Below are positions 36,642-44,738 of a DNA stretch of 64,000 bases, in pieces. The position numbers and the translations under genes are program-made. Origin of the DNA: Armatimonadota bacterium (GTDB lineage: Bacteria > Armatimonadota > UBA5829 > DSUL01); contig JBDHZC010000003.1 of assembly GCA_039811685.1 (NCBI GenBank), positions 32,001 to 96,000 of the forward strand, in the 5' to 3' direction. The notes beneath the pieces are model-generated. The model worked only from the letters and a program-made list of their open reading frames with translations. It did no database searches and was not told the DNA's origin. Numbering within the stretch: the stretch's first letter is position 1; each line of letters opens with the position of its first letter.

Positions 36642-37438
36642 ACAGCGTTTCTGAAATCCCACGCCCTCACAATCTCAGTCAAAAACTCCTGCACAGGCAG
36701 CTCAATCTCTTGAGCGCTCAGTTCCAGCCTTTGACCGATGCTCTCAGCCATACTCGCCAAGAGACGCTCGGAGACCTCCGGCTTCAACTCAGTGCTCCTC
36801 TGGATACAATGTCTGATTGCTTCCGCTTCCAGTGCGTTCAGACTTCCGGCTTTTTGTTGCACGTCCAGGCTGAGCGGGGATGAAAGCGGCTGCTCTGGTG
36901 GTAGCGCTGAAGGCGGCTGGACCGCAGGCGGACTCGCGCGCTGGAGTTTGACGACCACAGTTCCGGCGGCAATGTCGCCGATGCGTCTTCCGTCCCGGTT
37001 CAGGAACGCCACCACGATTCCAGGCCAGTACAGCCCCGGAAGCGAATCTGCGGCGCGAAGAAGGTTGCGAATGAGCGCTGCGCGAAAGCTGAGCGCGCGG
37101 CCATCCTCCATGATGACCCGGATGCTGACAAGTTTCTTACCCGGTGTCTGACCCTTCCATAGGCTCTCAAACAGCAGAAAGTAGCCATTGTAAACCACTT
37201 CAGCCAGCAGGATAGCCCCCGCAACCATCCATGAGCTTAGCGAGTTGCCCACTGCTGCAAGGCGTTGAATCCCTCCCAGGGCCGATGTGACAGCCAGAAA
37301 GAGGAGAATGATGCCGGCGAGCGCCGCCATCTGAAGCAGAGTGTCCAGGATAAGCGCCGCGCCGCGCGAGCCCAACCCGGCCACTTCGTAGGCGAGGCCA
37401 ATATTCTCCGGAGTTCTAATCTCGACTTTCTGTGGCAT
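36638..37438 (-). CDS. RDD family protein
   Basis: TPENI....AGLGSR..A...D, GQTPGK and RIGD..AGTVVV motifs. Confidence 0.9.
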   Translation of the reverse strand: MPQKVEIRTPENIGLAYEVAGLGSRGAALILDTLLQMAALAGIILLFLAVTSALGGIQRLAAVGNSLSSWMVAGAILLAEVVYNGYFLLFESLWKGQTPGKKLVSIRVIMEDGRALSFRAALIRNLLRAADSLPGLYWPGIVVAFLNRDGRRIGDIAAGTVVVKLQRASPPAVQPPSALPPEQPLSSPLSLDVQQKAGSLNALEAEAIRHCIQRSTELKPEVSERLLASMAESIGQRLELSAQEIELPVQEFLTEIVRAWDFRNAV

Positions 37439-37513
37439 GACCTGTAGAATCTTTGTGACGATGGCTCAGATACGGCTGCATCCGCAGACCGCCAAGGCCG
37501 CCGCTCAGAGGAG

Positions 37514-38506
37514 TTGCACCCGATGGCTATCAAATCCTCCGCCACAAAGCACCTCGAGGAATTAGATCAGTTGACCTCTCAGGTAGAGTCGCACGGCTTG
37601 CGCTCTCTCAAAGGGGAACAGGTGCTGCGTCTCGGGCAGCTCTATCGTCAGGCGGTGAGTCTCCTTGCCCGTGCTCGTAGCCGAGGTGGCGACTCCCGGG
37701 AGCTGGAAGAGCTCAATGCGCTGGTTTCCCGCGCCTACCAGTACGTCTATGCGACTCCAGATCGCTCCGCACATGTCGCAGGACAGCTCTTCACCGCGGA
37801 GATTCCTCAGGCTGTTCGGCGAAATATCCGCGTCATCGCCCTCGCGCTCCTCGCTATGCTCCTCAGTTCGCTGGTTGCAGCAGTCAAAGTCCAGCAGGAC
37901 CCTGCGACCGCTGAGCGGCTGATGGGACGAAGCGCGCTGTCTTCTCTCGGGTTCCTCTCCCAGCGTCATCGGGACCGGCAGGAGATTATAGATCCGGACC
38001 AGCGCAGCCAAACAGGGTCTTTCATTCTGGTCAATAACGTCCGCGTGGCAACTCTGGCCTTCGCAATGGGCGCGTTGGCGGGCGTGGGCAGCCTGCTGGT
38101 GCTCATCTACAATGGCCTCATGCTGGGCGCATTTACTGCCGCAGTGGTGCAGTCAGGCGGAGGACTGGATTTTCTGGGATTTGTGGCGGCTCATGGGGTG
38201 CCTGAGTTGACAGCTATCGCTCTGGCGGGAGCCTCCGGAATTCGTCTGGGGTGGAGCCTGCTGGATCCGGGGGACTATGCGCGCGGCGAAGCGTTCCGGC
38301 AGGCGGCCTATGACGTCATCCGGATAATGATGGCTGTAGTGCTGATGCTGGTGTGGGCCGCCCTACTGGAAGCCTTCCTCTCTCCTAACCGCAGCCTTCC
38401 CTATTCTCTCAAATTTACAGTGGCGGGCGTGGAGTTGCTCGTGTTGGGGCTGTACTTCAGTCTTGCGGGTCGCGGATCAGCGCAGAAGACGCCACTTGAA
38501 GCGTGA
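37514..38506 (+). CDS. SpoIIM/DUF95 family membrane protein
   Basis: LYRQ....LA, I.VNN..VA, NGLMLGA, HGVPELTAI and LEAF motifs. Confidence 0.88.
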   Translation: MHPMAIKSSATKHLEELDQLTSQVESHGLRSLKGEQVLRLGQLYRQAVSLLARARSRGGDSRELEELNALVSRAYQYVYATPDRSAHVAGQLFTAEIPQAVRRNIRVIALALLAMLLSSLVAAVKVQQDPATAERLMGRSALSSLGFLSQRHRDRQEIIDPDQRSQTGSFILVNNVRVATLAFAMGALAGVGSLLVLIYNGLMLGAFTAAVVQSGGGLDFLGFVAAHGVPELTAIALAGASGIRLGWSLLDPGDYARGEAFRQAAYDVIRIMMAVVLMLVWAALLEAFLSPNRSLPYSLKFTVAGVELLVLGLYFSLAGRGSAQKTPLEA

Positions 38507-38558
38507 TTGCTCCGTCTCTCGGCGGACAGCACTGTTTTCAAGCTAGAATACCTGCCAA

Positions 38559-39734
38559 ATGCTTCTCACACTCACTCACGAACTGATGCGCTTCTGCGAT
38601 CGTGCCCGCGACGCTGGCGTTGTCTATCTCGATACCGAATTTGTCAACGAAGAGAGCTATCTTCCCCGTCTGGAAGTCATCCAACTGGAGTCACGCGGAG
38701 ATATCGCGATTGTCGATTTTCAGGCTCTGAAAAACCCGGACCCGGTGATCACTCTGCTTTATGACAGCGAGCTACTGAAAGTCTTTCACGCGGGGCGTCA
38801 GGACCTGTCCATCCTGCATCAGATATCCGGTGAGGTAATGACCAATACGTTTGACACACAGATCGCTGCGGCTTTTGTCGGTTATGGTGAACAGATTTCT
38901 TACGGGGACCTGGTGCGCCAGATTTGCGGAGTCTCACTTTCAAAAAGCCACACTTACTCCTCCTGGGGCCGCCGGCCATTGACAAAAGAGCAGATCGAAT
39001 ACGCTCAGGATGATGTGCGCTATCTGCCCGCTGTGCACCAGCAGCTTGCGCGGCAACTTGAAGAAATGGGCCGGATGAGCTGGGCGAAGGAGGAGTTTGA
39101 GGAGTTGGAGCGCTCTTGCGCGTCCGAGCGAACACCGTCTGAGCAGCTGTACGTGCGGGTGAAAGGGATGAATGGCCTGCGGCCAAAAGAGCTGGCGGTG
39201 TTGAGGGAACTGGCTATGTGGCGCGACGGCGAAGCTATGGCGCGCAATCGTCCCATTGGGAAGATTCTACGGGATGAGCAGCTCGTCAACATCACGCGCC
39301 ACGCCCCAACGACGCTCCACGAACTGAAGGACGTACGGGGCATCCCACCCCATATCGCGGACCATTACGGGCGCGGTATTCTTGAGGCGATTCACAAGGG
39401 CCAGAGTCTGCCGAAGGCACAGTGGCCCGCGCGCTCTGAAAGCCGCCATCTCGATCCAGAGAAACAGGCGACGGTCACGTTGCTCCAGACGCTGATCCGT
39501 TTGCGCGCATCGGAGGAACAAAGCTCCGGGCGGCTTCTCTCGAGCGCTTCCGAGTTAGAGGAGCTGGTTCAGCAGGCGCCGAATATTCGTTCTGAAGACT
39601 TTCGGGTTCTACAGGGCTGGCGGTATGAAATGATCGGGCGCGACATTCTCAAACTGCTGAGAGGCGAGCTGGCCCTGGGAGTGGACGCGGCAACTGGACG
39701 AGTCTGCGTTGTGCGGGAGGCTCTGGCGAACTGA
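38559..39734 (+). CDS. rnd: Ribonuclease D
   Basis: DTEF, KVFHAGRQD, FDTQIAA and YA.DDV.YL motifs; HRDC domain; GWR near the C-terminus. Confidence 0.93.
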   Translation: MLLTLTHELMRFCDRARDAGVVYLDTEFVNEESYLPRLEVIQLESRGDIAIVDFQALKNPDPVITLLYDSELLKVFHAGRQDLSILHQISGEVMTNTFDTQIAAAFVGYGEQISYGDLVRQICGVSLSKSHTYSSWGRRPLTKEQIEYAQDDVRYLPAVHQQLARQLEEMGRMSWAKEEFEELERSCASERTPSEQLYVRVKGMNGLRPKELAVLRELAMWRDGEAMARNRPIGKILRDEQLVNITRHAPTTLHELKDVRGIPPHIADHYGRGILEAIHKGQSLPKAQWPARSESRHLDPEKQATVTLLQTLIRLRASEEQSSGRLLSSASELEELVQQAPNIRSEDFRVLQGWRYEMIGRDILKLLRGELALGVDAATGRVCVVREALAN

Positions 39735-39788
39735 GATCAGCGGCTCGGCAGGGTGGGTCCGGCAGTCAGAGTGGACGGCAGAGGCAAT

Positions 39789-40472
39789 ATGGCACTCACA
39801 GTTCTGGTAGTAGAAGATGATGCAAGCGTAGCGCGCTTTCTCGATCAGGCTCTGCGGGAAGCTGACTTCGACACACGCGTGGTTGATACGGGTTCGGATG
39901 CGCTGCGCGAAGCAAAGAAAACCTCGTACGACCTTATCCTGCTCGATGTTATGCTGCCGGGAATGTCCGGTATTGAAGTGTGTCGGCAGGCCCGCGCCGT
40001 CGGCGTACGCACACCGATATTGATGATCACCGCGCGGGATACACTTGCGGACAAAGTGGAAGGGCTGGACAGCGGCGCGGACGACTACATCGTCAAGCCT
40101 TTTGAGACAGCAGAGTTGATGGCGCGTATCCGCGCGCTTCTCAGAAGGGAAGCTGTCGCCGTAGGTCCCCTGAAAGTCGCCGGGCTTGTGCTTGATCCTC
40201 ACTCGCGCACTGCCGAACGCAACGGCCGTACGATCCACCTGTCTCACACGGAGTATGCGCTGCTCGAGATGCTGATGCGAAAAGCCGGAGGCGTCGTCAC
40301 CCGGCAAGACATTCTCAGACAGGTCTGGCAGTACGATTTTGGGGGGCGCGACAATGTCCTGGATGTGTACATCAGCTATCTGCGCGATAAGCTGGACGCT
40401 CCCGGGTCGCCTTCGATCATCAAGACTGTGCGTGGGCGTGGCTATATGATTGGCGAGGAGAGTGCGGTCTAG
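39789..40472 (+). CDS. OmpR-family response regulator
   Basis: VEDD, LDVMLP, GADDYIVKPF and winged helix ending TVRGRGY. Confidence 0.95.
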   Translation: MALTVLVVEDDASVARFLDQALREADFDTRVVDTGSDALREAKKTSYDLILLDVMLPGMSGIEVCRQARAVGVRTPILMITARDTLADKVEGLDSGADDYIVKPFETAELMARIRALLRREAVAVGPLKVAGLVLDPHSRTAERNGRTIHLSHTEYALLEMLMRKAGGVVTRQDILRQVWQYDFGGRDNVLDVYISYLRDKLDAPGSPSIIKTVRGRGYMIGEESAV

Positions 40473-41784
40473 ATCTCTGAGGAAGCGAACCTTCGCACGT
40501 TTTGCGCTCCTTTTTGCTGGTGTTCTGGTTGGCCTGTGGTTGCTTGGCGCGGGCTATGGCAGATGGGAAGCTCAGCGCAGTGCGGACAAAGCGCTCAAAC
40601 AGATCGCACTTAAGCTTGAGCACGATCTCAGCTCACCAAATGCCCGCCGCTCGCCACAGGCGGTTCTATCGGCCAACCTGCCCTTACTGCGAGATGGCAA
40701 CATAGCCGTTGTCATTACGGACCACTCAGACAGGGTGCTGGCTCGTTCTCAGGCACACGCTCCGGGTTCATCAGTCCGTATCGACTCATGCTGGCGCGTA
40801 TTGAAGCTGTCCAACGCCCGCTACAACATCATTGTAAGCATGCCGTGGGAGCGAATACACCGCCAGCTTAATGCGCAGACGCTTGTTTCAGCAGTGGTCA
40901 GCCTCCTCGGATTTCTCATCCTTGTGGCAGGCGCCTGGCGGCTTACCGGCGCCACTCTCGCGCCAGTAAGAGAGCTCACGCAGCAGGCGCGAGGCGCAAC
41001 TGCGGAGCAGCGAAGGCTGAGGCTGGAGTCTCCCAGTAACGACCGGGAGATTCAGGAACTCATCGGAAGTCTGAACGGCATGTTAGCGAGAAGGGAAGGC
41101 GCCGCGGGGATTCGAGGACGCTTCTATTCTGCGTCTTCGCACGAGTTGCGCACTCCGCTTCAGGCGCTTTCAGGTCATCTCGAGCTGGCGTTGTCGCGGC
41201 CACGTTCAGTCGAAGAGTACCGCACCGCTGTTGAAGAAGCGTACTCGCAGACTCGTCGACTGGCCTCCATTATGGAGGACTTGCTTCTCCTGAGCCGTCT
41301 GGAGTCACGCGCCAAGCCGCCCGTTGCTTCCGTCTATCTGGCCGAAGTCTGTAACCAGACACTACAGGAGCATCGTGGGCTGATTGAAGCGAGGTCTTTG
41401 CGTATTCGTATGTCTGTGGATGACTCTGTCGAAGTATCAGCGCCTGAGTCGCATGCGGAGATGGTTGTGCGAAATCTGGTTGCAAACGCGGTCAAGTACG
41501 CCGTGGAAGGCAGTGAAGTCAACATAGAGCTCGAGCGTGAAACGCGGCTGCTTCGCCTGAATATCTCCAATCAGTGCGATGCGCTGGACGCAAATCTGGA
41601 CGAGATGTTTGAGCCTTTCTTTCGCTCGCAGGCCGCGCGCGTCAGCGGAATGAGTGGCACAGGGCTGGGGCTGACGATCGCGCGTGCTGTATGCGCTGCT
41701 AACGGGTGGGAGATTGCGCTCAGGAGGCAGTCAGGCGGGATAAAAGCCTCTGTAGACTTCTTCGCCGTTTACACCTCAAACTGA
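40462..41784 (+). CDS. Sensor histidine kinase (HAMP, HisKA, HATPase)
   Basis: Two TM helices; SHELRTPL, NLVANAVKY, FEPFFR and GTGLGL motifs; GTG 40462 behind GAGGAG. Confidence 0.92.
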   Translation: MRSRSLRKRTFARFALLFAGVLVGLWLLGAGYGRWEAQRSADKALKQIALKLEHDLSSPNARRSPQAVLSANLPLLRDGNIAVVITDHSDRVLARSQAHAPGSSVRIDSCWRVLKLSNARYNIIVSMPWERIHRQLNAQTLVSAVVSLLGFLILVAGAWRLTGATLAPVRELTQQARGATAEQRRLRLESPSNDREIQELIGSLNGMLARREGAAGIRGRFYSASSHELRTPLQALSGHLELALSRPRSVEEYRTAVEEAYSQTRRLASIMEDLLLLSRLESRAKPPVASVYLAEVCNQTLQEHRGLIEARSLRIRMSVDDSVEVSAPESHAEMVVRNLVANAVKYAVEGSEVNIELERETRLLRLNISNQCDALDANLDEMFEPFFRSQAARVSGMSGTGLGLTIARAVCAANGWEIALRRQSGGIKASVDFFAVYTSN

Positions 41785-42011
41785 GTCTGAAGATTTCCTG
41801 CTGCACTCGGAGAGATTTCTGCGCTTGCGAAGGCCGGAGAAGTCGCCCAGATCAGCGCGGCGCGCGAGTCGCTTTGGCAGGGGATACGCGCGCCGCCTGA
41901 ACTTCACCCCGGGGGGTGATGATTCAGTAACTAATACGCCCGTGAGAGAAAAAAGATTCCATCAATCCCCTGTTTGCGCTTTCCTGCCTCCCACAAGCTC
42001 CACCGCTCCAG

Positions 42012-42113
42012 CTTTGACCCGCAAAGGCTTTTGAGCCTTGCGAGGTAAATGTCAACTCTCCCTGTTGCTGCACCCTTTGGTGGGGACCTCGCTGATCCTG
42101 CAGGCGGTCAAAG
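42012..42113. ncRNA. Candidate structured RNA of unknown family
   Basis: Five nested helices in 102 nt of intergenic DNA (see findings); no Rfam family recognised by eye. Confidence 0.4.
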
Positions 42114-42155
42114 GACAATTCCTCCTGAGCACGTAAGAATCTGCGTAAGCAATAC

Positions 42156-42938
42156 ATGGCTGACGATGTCTGCACAACAACTGTAGCCGCCCGTGGCCTC
42201 CTGAAGCGCTTTGGTGACAAGACGGCGGTCAACGGTATCGACCTCGACGTGCGAGCTGGGGAGTTTTTTGGCTTTCTCGGGCCCAACGGAGCCGGCAAAT
42301 CTACAACTATCCGCATGCTCTGCGGACTGCTGCGTCCGGACGCAGGCACGATTCATGTGGCCGGTTACGACTTGCGAACCCGGCCGCTGGAAGTCAAAGC
42401 CCGCATTGGCGTCCTGCCGGAGGAGACCATGCTGTACGAGCGGCTCAACGCGGAGGAGTTCCTGCTCTTTGCCGGCCGGATGTACGGACTTTCTGTGCAA
42501 GAAGCGCAGCGGCGAGCATCCGATCTGTTGGAGCTTATGGAGTTGACCGAGGACAAGGACAAGCTCATCGTGGACTATTCGATGGGAATGAAAAAGAAGA
42601 CAGCTCTCGCCGCCGCGCTGATTCATAGTCCGCGGGTGCTGTTTCTGGATGAACCGTTCAACGGGATCGACCCTATCTCCGTGCGAGCAATCCGCACCGT
42701 CCTGCAACACCTCCTTGAACGCGGAACCACCATTTTCTTCTCATCTCATGTCATGGAAGTCGTGGAACGCCTGTGCACAAGGATTGCGATTATCAACCAT
42801 GGGGACATCGCCGGTGTGGGGACTGTGGAGGAGCTTCGTAACGAAGCTCACGCCGCTGGTGGCTCGACTCTTGAGGACATCTTCCTGACTCTCGTGGACG
42901 CCCGGGTTGATGACGATGCGCTGGAGTGGCTCCAGTGA
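42156..42938 (+). CDS. ABC-2 type transporter ATP-binding protein
   Basis: GPNGAGKST, YSMGMKKK, LFLDEP and SSH motifs. Confidence 0.95.
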   Translation: MADDVCTTTVAARGLLKRFGDKTAVNGIDLDVRAGEFFGFLGPNGAGKSTTIRMLCGLLRPDAGTIHVAGYDLRTRPLEVKARIGVLPEETMLYERLNAEEFLLFAGRMYGLSVQEAQRRASDLLELMELTEDKDKLIVDYSMGMKKKTALAAALIHSPRVLFLDEPFNGIDPISVRAIRTVLQHLLERGTTIFFSSHVMEVVERLCTRIAIINHGDIAGVGTVEELRNEAHAAGGSTLEDIFLTLVDARVDDDALEWLQ

Positions 42939-44643
42939 GCGGGTTCTGACGGTGGATACTGGAGCCGTAGGCGCCCTGGACGCGGGCAGACCCATCCATT
43001 CGCTGTGGGCAGTGGTGAGTCCGCTGCTTGCTCTCAAGTGGCGGCTGATGATTCGCGGGTATCTGCGAAATAGTACAGCACTGGTAGGCGTGCTTGTGAC
43101 CGTGCTGGTTTTGCTGCCCACATCCATCCTGTTGGGCTTCGGCGCTTTCGCGGCGCTGCGCTTCTCCCCGCCCGATTACACAGCGCATATTCTTCGTGCA
43201 GTAATGCTGTCTATCTATTTGCTGTGGGTGTTGACCCCTTTGTTTGGCTACGCCCTGAATGAATCCTACGATCTCAAACGCCTCTTTATCTATCCGCTGA
43301 CGATGCGCCAGATTTTTGTCGGTTCCGTCGCTGGAAGCCTCATGGATTTCACTGTACTGCTCCTGTTCCCTATACTGGGCGCCGTCGTTCTCAGCTTCAC
43401 CTACGGCCCGTTTTCTTTTGTGTTTACGGGAATAGTCATATTGCTGTTCTTGTTTCAGACGCTTGCGCTGGGACAGGCGCTCATGCTTCTTGGTCAGAGC
43501 CTCCTCTCCGCGCGCCGGGCACGGGATATCCTGATCGTCCTGGGGCCGCTTCTCGGCGCCGGGGTCTATCTTGCGGTTCGCTACTTCGGCGAAGCAGCCA
43601 CCCACTTCGACTGGGCAGGATTTCTAGCTGGCCCGGTTTGGGGCGCCGTGGAGTGGTTGCCGCCGGGGCTGGCTGCCCACGCCATCGTCTCTGTGTCCTG
43701 CGGGCAGATTCCTGGCGCGCTCGCAGCCCTCGCGCTGTTAGTGGTCCTGACAATAGCGACTGTGTACGCGGCCGGGGCTCTGCTCCATTCAGCGTACATG
43801 GGCAGTTCCACTCAGGCGCATGGCAGGGGCAGGAAAGCTCTTGACCAGTCCGGAGTTACGAGCTCACGCACATGGAGCGCGCGGCTCCTGCCTCCGGTCG
43901 TCAGCGCGATGTTTGACAAAGAGATCAGATATATCCTCAGAGAGCCATACTACAAGCTAACTCTGACCAGTGTTCTGTATATGGTGGCAATTTCAGGGAT
44001 GTTCTTGTTTACGGGCCGGGTCCAGATGTTTGAGCGGGAGAGCTCCTTTCTCATCTGGGGAGCGTCCGTCTACATTTTGATGGTGGAGATGGGCATTCCC
44101 TACAATGCGTTTGGCACGGACGGATTTGCGTCCGCAACACTGCTCTCCTTTCCCGCGTCGCGTCGCCAGATATTGCTGGGCAAGAATCTGGGCCACTTCG
44201 TCTTCCTGACGCTGGTCAACGCGGTAGCCATGCTTGTTCCGGTCGCAGTGCTTCACCAGTGGCGTCTCTACGGCCTGCTGATGCTCTGGTTGGTTCTCGC
44301 AGTCATTCTGATGACGGCAGTGGGAAACCCGATCTCAGTCAAATTGCCAGTTCGCGTCACCACCAGAGCCGGCCGGTTGCGCCGGACGTCTGCAGGTCAG
44401 GGTTGCGGCCTCGGTTTCATCTATTTGGCTGCCAACGCGCTGACTGCTGCTATTATGCTGCCGGTGCTGGCTGCTCTGATTGCGCCATACTTCTGGGTGC
44501 GGTCTATCTTCTTTGTGTTCACCATCCCCTTCGCTCTCGTATACACCGCCTTTTTCTATCTTCTCTCGCTGCATCTTACAGAGCCTGTGCTCTTGTCCAA
44601 TGAGGTCGAAATGATCGCAAAGCTCAGCGTCGAAGACAGCTAG
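42907..44643 (+). CDS. ABC transporter permease (large multi-TM)
   Basis: More than 12 hydrophobic helices; KE.RY..R and NAFGTDG motifs; follows the ATPase; exact start uncertain. Confidence 0.8.
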   Translation: MMTMRWSGSSERVLTVDTGAVGALDAGRPIHSLWAVVSPLLALKWRLMIRGYLRNSTALVGVLVTVLVLLPTSILLGFGAFAALRFSPPDYTAHILRAVMLSIYLLWVLTPLFGYALNESYDLKRLFIYPLTMRQIFVGSVAGSLMDFTVLLLFPILGAVVLSFTYGPFSFVFTGIVILLFLFQTLALGQALMLLGQSLLSARRARDILIVLGPLLGAGVYLAVRYFGEAATHFDWAGFLAGPVWGAVEWLPPGLAAHAIVSVSCGQIPGALAALALLVVLTIATVYAAGALLHSAYMGSSTQAHGRGRKALDQSGVTSSRTWSARLLPPVVSAMFDKEIRYILREPYYKLTLTSVLYMVAISGMFLFTGRVQMFERESSFLIWGASVYILMVEMGIPYNAFGTDGFASATLLSFPASRRQILLGKNLGHFVFLTLVNAVAMLVPVAVLHQWRLYGLLMLWLVLAVILMTAVGNPISVKLPVRVTTRAGRLRRTSAGQGCGLGFIYLAANALTAAIMLPVLAALIAPYFWVRSIFFVFTIPFALVYTAFFYLLSLHLTEPVLLSNEVEMIAKLSVEDS

Positions 44644-44738
44644 CCTCAAAGCACATTCTGTCGCGTGAGCAGAACAGGAATTGGGGCGCCGGACGCAGAA
44701 GTCCGCTGTGGAAAACGAAAACCTCGACAGGAGTAGTT

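Noticed and set aside
41911..42125. GGGGGTGA (tmRNA-like 5' end) and minus-strand GAGGAATTGTCC (RNase P-like)
   Set aside because: No T-arm/CCA end or tag ORF, and no match to the RNase P GAGGAAAGTCC or 3' consensus
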